Shown: positions 9,966 through 19,644, numbered from the stretch's first letter. The stretch is 64,000 nucleotides of DNA from Candidatus Iainarchaeum sp. (GCA_016187745.1 JACPJC010000006.1:26747-90746); one strand, 5' to 3'. Notes: a model not told the origin generated them from the sequence alone. A program made the numbers and translations.

Positions 9966-9999
9966 ACTGCTTTTTAATTATTTTGTTCTATTTTATCTA

Positions 10000-11445
10000 T
10001 TGGTTTTTAGCATGCAAACCTATAATAAAATTTCAGAGGGGATTTATGAAATTCCCAAGGATGCAGGGATGAAACTTCCCGCGCGCATTTATGCTACAGA
10101 GAAGCTGCTGAATGCAATTGAGAATGGCGCAATTCAGCAGCTGAAGAATGTTGCCTCTCTCCCTGGAGTGCAGAAATATGCAATTGGGGAAGCGGACATG
10201 CACTGGGGCTATGGGTTTCCCATTGGCGGGGTGGCGGGGATGAGTGTTGATGGGGGAGTTGTAAGCCCTGGCGGAGTTGGTTTTGACGTAAACTGCGGCG
10301 TCAGGCTGATAAAAACAAACATGGTTCTTTCTGATGTTAAGGGAAAGCTGCGCGAACTGCTGGATGTGCTTTTCAGGGAGATTCCTTCAGGATTGGGAAG
10401 CAAGGGAAAGCTGCGCCTGCAATCCGGGGAGCTGCGCGAGGCAATTGAGCAGGGCGCAAAATGGGCCGTCGGGAAGGGCTATGGGGCTGAAAAAGATTTG
10501 CAGTGCATTGAGGAATACGGCTGCATGAAGCAGGCAGATTCGGCAAAAGTCAGCGCGAGCGCGCTGCAGAGGGGCATGCCCCAATTTGGAACGCTCGGGA
10601 GCGGAAATCACTTCCTTGAAATCCAGCTTGTGGACAAGATTTTTGATGCGGAAACCGCAAAGGCATTCGGGCTGTTTGAGGACCAAATTGTTGTGATGCT
10701 GCATACCGGGAGCAGGGGCTTCGGCCACCAGGTTGCAACGGATTATATTGCAGTAACGGACAGGGCAATGCAGAAATACGGAATTTCAGTTCCCGACAGG
10801 CAATTGGCTTGCGCGCCGATAAATTCGGATGAGGGGCAGGCCTACTTTGCGGCAATGTGCTGCGCAGTTAATTACGCGTTCTGCAACCGCCAGGTCATGA
10901 CCCATTGGATAAGGGAGAGCTTTGCAAAAGTTTTGGGAAATCCCTGGGAGGATTTGGGGATGGGGCTGCTTTATGACATCTGCCACAATGTTGCGAAACT
11001 GGAGGAGCATGAGGTTGAAGGGAAAATGAAGGAATTGCTGGTGCATAGGAAGGGCGCAACGCGCGCATTCCCTGCGGGGAGAAAGGAAAATCCTGAAATT
11101 TATGCAAAAACAGGCCATCCCGCAATAATTCCCGGGAGCATGGGAACAGCAAGCTATATCTGCGTTGGAACGCAGAAGGGATTGCAGGAAACTTTCGGAA
11201 GCGTTGCGCATGGCGCCGGGAGGGTGATGAGCAGGACTTCCGCAACAAGGCAGAGGCGGGGGGAAGAGGTGAAAAAGGCGCTTGAGGAAAAGGGCGAATT
11301 TGTAAGGGGCGCATCTGCCGAGGGATTGGCGGAGGAAGCGCCTGAGGCATACAAGGACATTGATGAGGTTGCGCTTTCAATTGAGCTGAGCGGAATCGGG
11401 AAGAAAGTCAGCAGGCATGTTCCGCTTGCGGTAATGAAGGGGTAG
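10000..11445 (+). CDS. rtcB: RNA-splicing ligase RtcB
   Basis: GGVAGMSVDGGVVSPGGVGFDVNCGVRL and GSRGFGHQ are RtcB signature motifs. The product is 481 aa. Confidence 0.92.
   Translation: MVFSMQTYNKISEGIYEIPKDAGMKLPARIYATEKLLNAIENGAIQQLKNVASLPGVQKYAIGEADMHWGYGFPIGGVAGMSVDGGVVSPGGVGFDVNCGVRLIKTNMVLSDVKGKLRELLDVLFREIPSGLGSKGKLRLQSGELREAIEQGAKWAVGKGYGAEKDLQCIEEYGCMKQADSAKVSASALQRGMPQFGTLGSGNHFLEIQLVDKIFDAETAKAFGLFEDQIVVMLHTGSRGFGHQVATDYIAVTDRAMQKYGISVPDRQLACAPINSDEGQAYFAAMCCAVNYAFCNRQVMTHWIRESFAKVLGNPWEDLGMGLLYDICHNVAKLEEHEVEGKMKELLVHRKGATRAFPAGRKENPEIYAKTGHPAIIPGSMGTASYICVGTQKGLQETFGSVAHGAGRVMSRTSATRQRRGEEVKKALEEKGEFVRGASAEGLAEEAPEAYKDIDEVALSIELSGIGKKVSRHVPLAVMKG
11401..11445 (+). repeat. Left copy of 42-bp direct repeat (rtcB 3' end)
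   Basis: aagaaagtcagcaggcatgttccgcttgcggtaatgaagggg recurs at 12026-12070 with 2 mismatches. Confidence 0.85.
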
Positions 11446-11504
11446 TTTTTTAATGTCTATTGTCTATAATATACTATAGGAAGTTATAGAATAGGAGGAT
11501 TATT

Positions 11505-11753
11505 ATGACTCATTTGACAACAATCCAATTGGACAAGTCTACAAAAAATCAGCTTGACAAGTTGAAGGAATACAAAAGAGAGACCTATGACGAGGTAGTG
11601 AAAAATCTGGTTGAGGTTGCTGAAATTCTAAAAAAAGAGCCCGAATTAAAAGAAGAAGTGTTGGAAGAAATTGCTGAAGCGAGAAAACATATCAGAATGG
11701 GCAAAGGACTGACAACTAAACAGCTAATTGCTGAGCTGGGCATAAAAATATGA
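11505..11753 (+). CDS. Putative antitoxin of RelE/ParE-type toxin-antitoxin pair
   Basis: 82-aa ORF with its own AT-rich promoter and an AGGAGG ribosome-binding site. It overlaps the downstream RelE-like gene by 4 nt (ATGA). Confidence 0.6.
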   Translation: MTHLTTIQLDKSTKNQLDKLKEYKRETYDEVVKNLVEVAEILKKEPELKEEVLEEIAEARKHIRMGKGLTTKQLIAELGIKI

Positions 11754-12013
11754 CATATTCTGTAATCTGGTCGCCCAAAAGCAAAGAGAAACTCGAGAAA
11801 TTTGAAAAGGATGTTGCAGCAAGAATAATCAGGAAGGTTTCAGACATTAGTGAAAATCCTGAGCCGTATCTTATAAAACTTACTAATTCTGATGCATTTC
11901 GCTTAAGAGTCGGGGATTATAGGGTGGTCGTTGACCTGCTGAAAGACAAAAAAGAACTGCATGTAATTACTCTCGGGCACAGAAGAAACATTTACAAAGA
12001 GTTTGGTAGATAG
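11750..12013 (+). CDS. RelE/ParE family toxin
   Basis: 87 aa. The C-terminal ...FRLRVGDYRVVVDLLKDKKELHVITLGHRRNIY... matches the RelE/ParE consensus. It is translationally coupled to the upstream small ORF. Confidence 0.75.
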   Translation: MTYSVIWSPKSKEKLEKFEKDVAARIIRKVSDISENPEPYLIKLTNSDAFRLRVGDYRVVVDLLKDKKELHVITLGHRRNIYKEFGR

Positions 12014-12025
12014 AGATTATAATTG

Positions 12026-12070
12026 CAAGAAGTCAGCAGGCATGTTCCGCTTGCTGTAATGAAGGGATAA
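12026..12070 (+). repeat. Right copy of 42-bp direct repeat; encodes an alternative in-frame RtcB C-terminus VSRHVPLAVMKG*
   Basis: Near-identical to 11401-11445. It translates to the same last 12 residues as rtcB, with one synonymous change and a TAA stop. Confidence 0.85.
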
Positions 12071-12071
12071 T

Positions 12072-12530
12072 GTGGATATAAAATATAAAGAAGTAGAAAT
12101 AATTAGTGAATTTATTGATGCAATTAGACTTCGGGTTGATGTATTTATCATAGAACAGGGTTTCAAGCCAGGATGGGAACCGGATGAAGATGATAAAATA
12201 TCCAGACATTTTATAGCAATGGCTGATGATAAGGTTGTTGCAACAGCCAGATTCAGGGAAATTGGAAAAAGTGAAATAAAAATTGAAAGGATGGTGACAA
12301 AGAAAGAATATCGTGGGAAGGGTATTAGCAGAGGACTTGTTAAATTCATGATTGAAGAGATAAAAAAACTTAAACCCAAGAAAATATGGCTGAGAAGCCA
12401 GGTGCAATCGCAGCCATTTTATGAAAAATGCGGATTTAAAGCTGTTTCTGGGCCGTTCGATATGTGGGGGGTGCAACATATTGATCTGGAGTATCAAAGC
12501 AACAATTCACTAATTCACTATAAACCCTAA
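12072..12530 (+). CDS. GNAT family N-acetyltransferase
   Basis: Motif A region RMVTKKEYRGKGISRGLVKFMIEE. Probable GTG start. AT-rich relative to the flanking genes. Confidence 0.75.
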   Translation: MDIKYKEVEIISEFIDAIRLRVDVFIIEQGFKPGWEPDEDDKISRHFIAMADDKVVATARFREIGKSEIKIERMVTKKEYRGKGISRGLVKFMIEEIKKLKPKKIWLRSQVQSQPFYEKCGFKAVSGPFDMWGVQHIDLEYQSNNSLIHYKP

Positions 12531-12571
12531 CATTTATATACACTAAGCGCTACAATCTATTATTAGATATA

Positions 12572-14458
12572 ATGGCAGGATTTGGGGGAGTCAGGAAGTT
12601 TGGGCAGTATGGCGTGATTCTGCTAGTTCTGGTTCTGTTTGGCACTTACGCAAGCGCAGAGCCTTTCTGCGGGGAAGTAAGTTTTTCAGTTTATCCCATA
12701 AGCATAACCTCAGGAACATCAATTGACAGGACGTTTGCGCTGCAGAACAATTCTGCCGAGGGGTTTTACATTGATGATTTCAATGCCTATGACATTGATG
12801 CCGATTTTAATGTGATTAAATTGAGCAATGACTCTTATGCCGGCCCGAATGCAACTGCAAGCTTATACATAAATATTTCCGCCTCTTCGGGGGTAAGCTC
12901 AAAAACCTCCAGCGCATATGCGAAAGTGAACGGGCATTTTGCCTCAGGGAAGGCTTGCGATTACAATGCGCTTGGGGAGAAGACCTTTGGAATTACAATT
13001 ACAGGGGGAATTGTCGCAGTGGATGCGGAATGCACGAAAGTGAAAATTAGCGCGCATGCGGTAGGCATGGGAGAAAATTCTTCCGTTGCCGAAACATTCA
13101 CCCTGCAGAACAATTCCTCGCAGAATTTCTATATTGATTCATTCATGGTTGATGAGAATTCAAATGATGTTTTTGCAATCGAGCAGGGATATGGGGATGT
13201 TGCAAATGCGAACGGGACAGCAGACCTGAGCCTGAAGGTTGAGTCCTATTCCACAAGCGAAAACAAGACCGCAACAGCGTATGCGAAAGTCGCGGGGCAT
13301 TTCACCTCCGGAACGCAGTGCAATTCAAATGCGATCGGGGAAACCGGCTTCAGCATTTATGTTGCGGGAAGCGCAAGCACAAACTGCAATGATTTCCTGC
13401 TGTCAGTCCCTTCAGAAAAAAGGATGCTGAATTCTGCGGAAATTGGGATTGCCGCTGAAAATCCTACTCAGAGCTCAGCCACAATAACAATTTCAGGAGG
13501 CAATATCGGGGTGAATCAGAGCACCGTAAGCGTGCCTGCGGGGGAAACAATAAGCAAAACGCTCACGCTCAGCAATCTTGAGGGGGATGAGGCATGGCTT
13601 GCTTATGATGTTATATTGGAGAACTGCAATATCCCTTCAGGAATCACGCACATAGTGAAGGGCGCGGATTACGTTGAAGTTGCACATTACAATTCCGCAG
13701 TTGAGATTGAGGATGAGGCTAATGTGAAAGTGGAACTGAAAAACAATTCCCCGGACGCAAAGCAGTTTGCGCTTGCAATAACAGGATTGCCCGCGGATTG
13801 GGAAGTGCAGTATCTGCAGGGCTCGCTGGAAGGGGAGGAAACGCGCGCAGTTGTTTTGGGGGTTAGGCAGAAGAATGCCGTTTTCGGGAATTCCTATGCC
13901 GCAAAGCTTGTCCTGAGCTATGATTCAGCGCAGGTTGAGAGGGATATTGAATTCAGCGCGATGCGCTCAGGGCAGATTGAGAATGCAAGCATACAGACAA
14001 GCGTTGTGCAGAAGGACGATGAAAAGGGCAGCTACGAGGTAAGTGTTGTAGTTGAAAATGGTTCAGCAAGCGGAATTTCAGGCGCAATAGAAATTGAAGT
14101 TCCGGGAAACTGGGAAGTGGAAGGCGCAAAGGAGATTGCTGTTCCCGCAGGAGGGGCCGCGCAGACAACACTGACTGTAATTCCTGACAAGGCGCAGAAG
14201 GCAGGGGAAATAGGAAGCGTCAGTTTTGTTGCGAGGGATGGGAGGAAACTTGAGGAATTTGTGAGCTTCACCCCAAAAGGGGTTGCGGCATCCGTAGCAT
14301 TTGCGGCATTTGCAACAAATGCTGTGTTTTTCGGCTTCATTGCAATCATTGTAGTTGCAATCATCTTCGTTCACAGGGGCAGGATTTCAGGAACAAGGAG
14401 GGAAAGCGTGGAATGGCCCTATAATTGGGGGAAAGAAGCCGGAGAAAAACCTTTTTAA
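12572..14458 (+). CDS. Secreted surface protein with internal duplication and C-terminal TM anchor
   Basis: Signal peptide. Two homologous modules (ALQNNSAEGFYIDDFN...AYAKVNGHFASGKACDYNALGE and TLQNNSSQNFYIDSFM...AYAKVAGHFTSGTQCNSNAIGE). Many sequons. C-terminal hydrophobic helix plus HRGR tail. Confidence 0.7.
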   Translation: MAGFGGVRKFGQYGVILLVLVLFGTYASAEPFCGEVSFSVYPISITSGTSIDRTFALQNNSAEGFYIDDFNAYDIDADFNVIKLSNDSYAGPNATASLYINISASSGVSSKTSSAYAKVNGHFASGKACDYNALGEKTFGITITGGIVAVDAECTKVKISAHAVGMGENSSVAETFTLQNNSSQNFYIDSFMVDENSNDVFAIEQGYGDVANANGTADLSLKVESYSTSENKTATAYAKVAGHFTSGTQCNSNAIGETGFSIYVAGSASTNCNDFLLSVPSEKRMLNSAEIGIAAENPTQSSATITISGGNIGVNQSTVSVPAGETISKTLTLSNLEGDEAWLAYDVILENCNIPSGITHIVKGADYVEVAHYNSAVEIEDEANVKVELKNNSPDAKQFALAITGLPADWEVQYLQGSLEGEETRAVVLGVRQKNAVFGNSYAAKLVLSYDSAQVERDIEFSAMRSGQIENASIQTSVVQKDDEKGSYEVSVVVENGSASGISGAIEIEVPGNWEVEGAKEIAVPAGGAAQTTLTVIPDKAQKAGEIGSVSFVARDGRKLEEFVSFTPKGVAASVAFAAFATNAVFFGFIAIIVVAIIFVHRGRISGTRRESVEWPYNWGKEAGEKPF

Positions 14459-14567
14459 ACCCTTTTCATCGCTTATATTATATAATATTATTGTAAACTG
14501 TATCCCTCGCGAACCGCACGGGATATAACTACAAAAAACACACGTTTTTTGTTTTTGAAAATGCAGC

Positions 14568-14599
14568 AGGGAAGGTATCGGAAACGCAGTTTCTGATTG
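14568..14599 (+). repeat. Type-1 30-nt palindromic element, copy a (leader of rpl3 operon)
   Basis: agggaaggtatcggaaacgcagtttctgattg. The core ATCGGAAAC-gca-GTTTCTGAT forms a 9-bp stem. It is flanked by aatgcag on both sides. Confidence 0.8.
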
Positions 14600-14641
14600 T
14601 GCTGTGCTGCAATGCAGTTTATATTAGCCTGGTGAATCTGA

Positions 14642-15760
14642 GTGACAAAGAAGCATAAGCCAAGAAGCGGAAGCTTGCAATTCTACCCCAGAGTGCGCTC
14701 TGCAAAGCCTGTCGCAAATTTCACAACATTCCCGAAAATAACGGATGGCGCATCAAAGCCCATGAGCTTTTTCGGATACAAGGCCGGAATGCTGCATGTG
14801 ATGGCGAAGGATTTGTATGACAAGTCCGCAACTTACGGGCATGAGCTGAGAATTCCCGCAACAATAGTTGAGGCGCCCCCCATGAAGGTTTTCGGAATCC
14901 GCGCATACGGGGATTCCTCAAAGGGAAAATATGCGCTTACTGAAATAATTGCCGAGAAATTTGACAAGCATCTGGGTAAGAGGATAAAAAACTTAAAGGG
15001 AAACGGCGATTTCGGGAAGATTGAAAAATTAAGGGACAGGGTTGTTGAAATAAGGCTTATTGCGCATGCGCAGCCGCACCTGACGGGAATAGGGAAAAAA
15101 ATGCCCGAGGTAATGGAAATTGCGCTTTCGGGGGATGTGAATGCGCAGACGGACTATGCTAAAAATATTCTGGGGAAAGAAATTTCAGCGAAGGATGTTT
15201 TTTCTGACAATGAGATTGTGGATGCGAGGGCCGTAACATTGGGAAAGGGATTCCAGGGCGTTGTGAAGCGCTTTGGTGTAAGAACATTGCGCAGAAAATC
15301 AAAGAAGGAAAGGATGGTTGGAAGCATAGGGCCATGGAACCCGAGCCTTGTGATGTGGACCGTTGCCCGCGCTGGACAAATGGGCTATCACGCAAGGGCG
15401 GAATACAACAAGCGCATACTTAAGATTTTTGAGAATCCCGCGGAGCTGAATCCGAGCTCGGGGCTTGAGGGCTATGGGACATTGAGGGGCACTGCAATTC
15501 TTGTCGCCGGCTCGCTGCCGGGGCACATAAAAAGGATTGTCGCGCTGCGCAAGGCGATAAGGAAGCCGCACATTGAAAGGAAATTGAGCGAAATTACATT
15601 CATATCAACAAGGCCTGAAATTGCAAAAACTTCTGAAGAGGAAGCCGCAGTGCATAAGGTAAGGGCTGAAAAGAAAGTTGAGAAGGAAGAGAAAAGCGTG
15701 AAGGATGAGATTGCAATGGCAGTAAAGGGGGAGAAGGAAAAGAAGGAAAAGGAGAAGTAA
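14642..15760 (+). CDS. rpl3: Ribosomal protein L3, with Lys/Glu-rich C-terminal tail
   Basis: uL3 homology across the ORF. GTG start. The C-terminal EKKVEKEEKSVKDE...KEKKEKEK extension is unusual. Confidence 0.9.
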   Translation: MTKKHKPRSGSLQFYPRVRSAKPVANFTTFPKITDGASKPMSFFGYKAGMLHVMAKDLYDKSATYGHELRIPATIVEAPPMKVFGIRAYGDSSKGKYALTEIIAEKFDKHLGKRIKNLKGNGDFGKIEKLRDRVVEIRLIAHAQPHLTGIGKKMPEVMEIALSGDVNAQTDYAKNILGKEISAKDVFSDNEIVDARAVTLGKGFQGVVKRFGVRTLRRKSKKERMVGSIGPWNPSLVMWTVARAGQMGYHARAEYNKRILKIFENPAELNPSSGLEGYGTLRGTAILVAGSLPGHIKRIVALRKAIRKPHIERKLSEITFISTRPEIAKTSEEEAAVHKVRAEKKVEKEEKSVKDEIAMAVKGEKEKKEKEK

Positions 15761-15769
15761 AAGCGGGAA

Positions 15770-16600
15770 ATGATTTTTATGAAAGAGGCTAACGTATTTT
15801 CAGTTTCTGGGGAAATGGCGCATTCCATAAAGCTGCCCGAGGTATTCAATGAGCCCTACCACCCTGAGCTTATAAAGCGCGCGGCGCTTTCCGCTATTTC
15901 AGCAAGATTCCAGCCCAAGGGGACATACCCCGATGCGGGAAGGGAAGTTGTTACTGAATACAGGAGTCTGCGCTCTCTCCCTGCAATGGAGCGCACTATG
16001 AATGTTGACAAGGCGCGCAAGCCCAGGACAAAACACAGGCGCGGGCTGCTTGCGGGAGATGTTGCAGCAATCCCGGGAGTTGTTGGAGGCCCAAAATCAC
16101 ACCCCCCTAAGGCGATTAAAACACTCCATGAGAGGATAAATGAGAAGGAGAGAAGGCTTGCAATAAAAAGCGCCATTGCCGCATCATGCGACAGGAAGCT
16201 TGTAATTGCGCACGGCCATAAGATTTCCGAAGGGATTGAGCTCCCGATAATTATTGAGAAGGGGATTGAGAAGCTGAAGAAAACAAATGAAGTGTGCAAA
16301 ATGCTCAAGGCGCTTAAATTATGGCAGGATGTGGAGCGCGCGAAAAAGAAGAAGCTGCGCTCAGGCAAGGCAAAAAGGCGCGGAAGGAAATACGCAAGAA
16401 GGAAAAGCGCGCTCATTGTTGTTTCTGGCAGCAGGGAAGGAATTTACAGGGCCGCAAGGAACATCCCTGGAATTGATGTGATTGAGCTGCGCAATTTGAA
16501 TGCGGAAGTTCTTGCTCCGGGCGCAAAGGCCGGAAGGCTTGTGATATGGTCCGAGAATGCAGTAAACGAACTTTCAGAAAAAGAAAAGGTAAGTGCTTAA
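15770..16600 (+). CDS. rpl4: Ribosomal protein L4
   Basis: uL4 homology. Conserved operon position. Confidence 0.9.
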   Translation: MIFMKEANVFSVSGEMAHSIKLPEVFNEPYHPELIKRAALSAISARFQPKGTYPDAGREVVTEYRSLRSLPAMERTMNVDKARKPRTKHRRGLLAGDVAAIPGVVGGPKSHPPKAIKTLHERINEKERRLAIKSAIAASCDRKLVIAHGHKISEGIELPIIIEKGIEKLKKTNEVCKMLKALKLWQDVERAKKKKLRSGKAKRRGRKYARRKSALIVVSGSREGIYRAARNIPGIDVIELRNLNAEVLAPGAKAGRLVIWSENAVNELSEKEKVSA

Positions 16601-17036
16601 AATGGCTGAAAAGAAAATCGCAAAGAAAGGGAAGGATGCTGAAAAGCAGAAGCCTGCGATTGCCAAGGCCGGGAAAAAGACAGCGGGGGAAAAGGCGGAA
16701 AAAAAAATTGAAAATGAAGCTGCGCAGAAGGAAAAGGCGCCGGAAAAACGCAGTTTTTCTGATATTGAGAAGGAGCTTAAGAATTTTGAAATAATTAAGT
16801 TCGCGCTCATAAGCGAGAAGGCAGTGAACATGATTGAAAGGGAAAACAAGCTGACATTCATAGTGAACCAGAGTGCGGACAAGCCCTCAATAAAAAGGGC
16901 GATTGAGGAGATGCACAAGGTGAAGGTAGATTCCGTGAAGGTAATAAGGGACAGGAAAGGCAGAAAGAAGGCGATTGTAAAAATAGGAAAGGGCTTCAAG
17001 GCAAGCGATGTTGCAACAAGGCTGGGTGTGATATAG
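16593..17036 (+). CDS. rpl23: Ribosomal protein L23, with K-rich N-terminal extension
   Basis: C-terminal uL23 domain (KFALISEKAVNMIERENKLTFIV...). Confidence 0.88.
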   Translation: MLKMAEKKIAKKGKDAEKQKPAIAKAGKKTAGEKAEKKIENEAAQKEKAPEKRSFSDIEKELKNFEIIKFALISEKAVNMIERENKLTFIVNQSADKPSIKRAIEEMHKVKVDSVKVIRDRKGRKKAIVKIGKGFKASDVATRLGVI

Positions 17037-17037
17037 C

Positions 17038-17757
17038 ATGGGAAAGAGACTTAAACAGCAGCGCAGGGGAAAGGGCAGCCCGATGTTCATAGCAAGGCAC
17101 GGCATTGCTGATGTCGAATATCTGCCAATAACTCCGGAACAGAATGAGGGAACGCTCAGGGGTAAGGTTGTTGATTTGGTTCCTGATAAAGTCAGGAGCG
17201 CTGTGCTTGCGGATATTTTGTTTGAGAACGGGCTGCGCTCATATATGATTGCGCCGGAAGGGATGTTTGTGGGGCAGGAACTTCATTACGGCAGGAAAGC
17301 GCCATTGGAAATAGGGAACGTACTGCCATTGAATGAGATTGCGGAGGGCTGCCCGATATTCAATATAGAAAAGCGCCCTGGAGATGGGGGGTGTTATATT
17401 AAAACTTCCGGTATTTATGGATATATTGTAACAAAGGAGCCTGGAAGGGTTTATGTAAAGCTGCCGAGCGGAAAAACGGTTGAGATTTCCCCGGAATCGC
17501 GCGCCACAATAGGGAATATTTCCGCGGGGGGAAGGACTGAAAAGCCCATGCTCAAGGCAGGAACGCATTATCATGCGATGCACGCAAAGGGCTACCATTA
17601 CCCCGGGGTAAGGGGCGTTGCAATGAATCCTGTTGACCATCCGTTTGGGGGCGCGCAGCACCATGCGGGAAAATCCAAGAGCGTTTCAAGGCATGCCGCT
17701 CCAGGGCAGAAGGTTGGGGCAATAGCAAGCAAGCGCACAGGGAGAACAAAGAGGTAG
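17038..17757 (+). CDS. rpl2: Ribosomal protein L2
   Basis: uL2 homology (GRNAGG..., HPFGGGQ-like region). Confidence 0.92.
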   Translation: MGKRLKQQRRGKGSPMFIARHGIADVEYLPITPEQNEGTLRGKVVDLVPDKVRSAVLADILFENGLRSYMIAPEGMFVGQELHYGRKAPLEIGNVLPLNEIAEGCPIFNIEKRPGDGGCYIKTSGIYGYIVTKEPGRVYVKLPSGKTVEISPESRATIGNISAGGRTEKPMLKAGTHYHAMHAKGYHYPGVRGVAMNPVDHPFGGAQHHAGKSKSVSRHAAPGQKVGAIASKRTGRTKR

Positions 17758-17763
17758 AGGCAA

Positions 17764-18171
17764 ATGGTAAAAAAGGATTTTGCATTCCGCGGGCATCCTA
17801 TTGAGGAACTGCTAAAGCTTTCTGACAAGGACTTTTCCAAGCTCATATGCTCAAGGTCCCGCAGGACTCTGTTGCGCAGCGGAATGGACAAGAAGATTGA
17901 GAAGAAAATCGAGAAGGCGCATGCGCTCTTGCAGCAGGGAAGGGAGGCAAAGCCCATCCGCACGCATCTGCGCAACATAATTGTTGTGCCGAGGATGGTC
18001 GGATTGAGGTTTGCAGTGCACAGGGGAAACACATTTGAGATTATAGGGATCATGCCGGAGATGCTCGGGCATTTCCTCGGGGAATTTGCGCTTACAAGGA
18101 AGAAGATGATGCACGGGAGAGCGGGAATCGGCGCGACAAAATCATCAACCGCGATAACCGCAAGAGGATAA
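17764..18171 (+). CDS. rps19: Ribosomal protein S19
   Basis: uS19 homology. Confidence 0.9.
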   Translation: MVKKDFAFRGHPIEELLKLSDKDFSKLICSRSRRTLLRSGMDKKIEKKIEKAHALLQQGREAKPIRTHLRNIIVVPRMVGLRFAVHRGNTFEIIGIMPEMLGHFLGEFALTRKKMMHGRAGIGATKSSTAITARG

Positions 18172-18183
18172 AGGGGAAGGAAA

Positions 18184-18660
18184 ATGGTAAAAAGGGATTA
18201 TAATTTTGATTTTTCCGCCGTAAATCCGAAAAGGAGCGCGAGGGCAATACTGGCAAACCAGCCGGTTTCGCTGAAATATTCCGTTGAGCTTTGCAGGGAA
18301 CTGAAGGGAAAAAGCACGAAGAACGCGGAGGCCTTCCTCAATGACCTGAAGGAAATGCGCGCGTTTTTGCCATTGAGGAAATACCGCAAGAAGGTTCCGC
18401 ATCGCGCCGGGGAGCCTAAAAGCAAGGCAAAGGCCGGGCGCTATCCCATAAAGGCTGCGGCGAAATTCCTGGATCTGCTGAAGCTTGTGAAGGCAAATGC
18501 GGATGTTAAAGGATTGGATGCGGGAAAGCTGCGAATAGTGCACCTGTTCGCTTCCCAGGGCTTTCACAGGAGAGGCATGCAGGCGCAGGGAAGAATCTCC
18601 GGAAAACAGCGCAAGAGAAAATCAACGCACCTTGAAATAGTCGTGCAAGAGGCGGGATAA
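18184..18660 (+). CDS. rpl22: Ribosomal protein L22
   Basis: uL22 homology. Confidence 0.88.
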   Translation: MVKRDYNFDFSAVNPKRSARAILANQPVSLKYSVELCRELKGKSTKNAEAFLNDLKEMRAFLPLRKYRKKVPHRAGEPKSKAKAGRYPIKAAAKFLDLLKLVKANADVKGLDAGKLRIVHLFASQGFHRRGMQAQGRISGKQRKRKSTHLEIVVQEAG

Positions 18661-19406
18661 TGATAGAAAAGGCATTCATCAGGCAGGGGATAAAGAATGT
18701 GCAGCTTGAGGATTACATGAGGAAGCAGCTTAAAAGCGCGGGATTCACGCGCCTTGAGATTGTCAAAACGCCTTTAGTAACGAGGATTGTTGTGAATGTG
18801 ACAAATCCCGGGCTTGCGATAGGGAAGGGCGGGCAGAACATAAGGACGCTTACAAAGGAGCTTGGGGAAAAATTCGGGATTGATAATCCGCAATTGGAAA
18901 TAAAGGAGATTGAAAAGCCGCAGCTTGACGCGCAGGCGATGTCGGATTTGCTTTCAAGCCTTATTGAAAGGGGATTCTCATGGAGGAGCGTTGCATTCAA
19001 GATTGTAAGGGATATAATGAACGCGGGCGCATTGGGAGTGGAAATAATAATTTCCGGAAAGCTCGGGGGGAAGGGCGCAAGGAAGAAAAAGCAGAGGATT
19101 GCGCTCGGATACATGAAGAAGGCGGGGGAGCAGACAAGGCTTGTTGATGCGGGAATGAAGACTTCTTACCCGAAGCAGGGCGCAATAGGAATAAAGGTAA
19201 AAATAATAAGGCCTGATGTGATGTTCCCGGATAAAATAAGGATAAGGGACGTAATAGCGAAGAAAAGGGCGGATGAGGAAAAGGAGAATGAGAGAATCGC
19301 AAAAAGCGCGGAAGACGCTGAAAAGGCGCAGGCAAAGGAAGCCCCTGTTGCTGAAGAGGCTGCTGTGAAGGGAGAGGCTGCAGTTAAAATAGAGGAAGGC
19401 AAGTGA
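18660..19406 (+). CDS. rps3: Ribosomal protein S3, with acidic/Lys-rich C-terminal tail
   Basis: KH domain and uS3 C-domain. Confidence 0.92.
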   Translation: MIEKAFIRQGIKNVQLEDYMRKQLKSAGFTRLEIVKTPLVTRIVVNVTNPGLAIGKGGQNIRTLTKELGEKFGIDNPQLEIKEIEKPQLDAQAMSDLLSSLIERGFSWRSVAFKIVRDIMNAGALGVEIIISGKLGGKGARKKKQRIALGYMKKAGEQTRLVDAGMKTSYPKQGAIGIKVKIIRPDVMFPDKIRIRDVIAKKRADEEKENERIAKSAEDAEKAQAKEAPVAEEAAVKGEAAVKIEEGK

Positions 19407-19407
19407 A

Positions 19408-19644
19408 ATGGCGCTTAAGATAAGGCAGATAAGGGAAATGGCGGTTCAGGAGGCAGAGGAGAAGCTGCTTGAGATGCGCGCTGACCTTGCGAAGGAGAAG
19501 GCGCTTGTGGCAAGCCACACGAAGCAGGAAAACCCGGGGAAGATAAGGGCGCTGCGCAGGGCCGTTGCAAAAATACTGACAATTGTCAATGAGAAGAAGA
19601 ATTCAGGCGATAAAAAAATAAAAAACAGGGGGAAAAGCGAATAA
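19408..19644 (+). CDS. rpl29: Ribosomal protein L29
   Basis: uL29 homology. Confidence 0.85.
   Translation: MALKIRQIREMAVQEAEEKLLEMRADLAKEKALVASHTKQENPGKIRALRRAVAKILTIVNEKKNSGDKKIKNRGKSE

Noticed and set aside
16546-16794. 82-aa Arg/Lys-rich ORF (MVRECSKRTF...RRRKRRRK) overlapping the rpl4/rpl23 junction
   Set aside because: It is an out-of-frame reading of the lysine-rich (AAG/AAA-rich) 5' region of rpl23. It arises from low-complexity codons and is not an independent gene.
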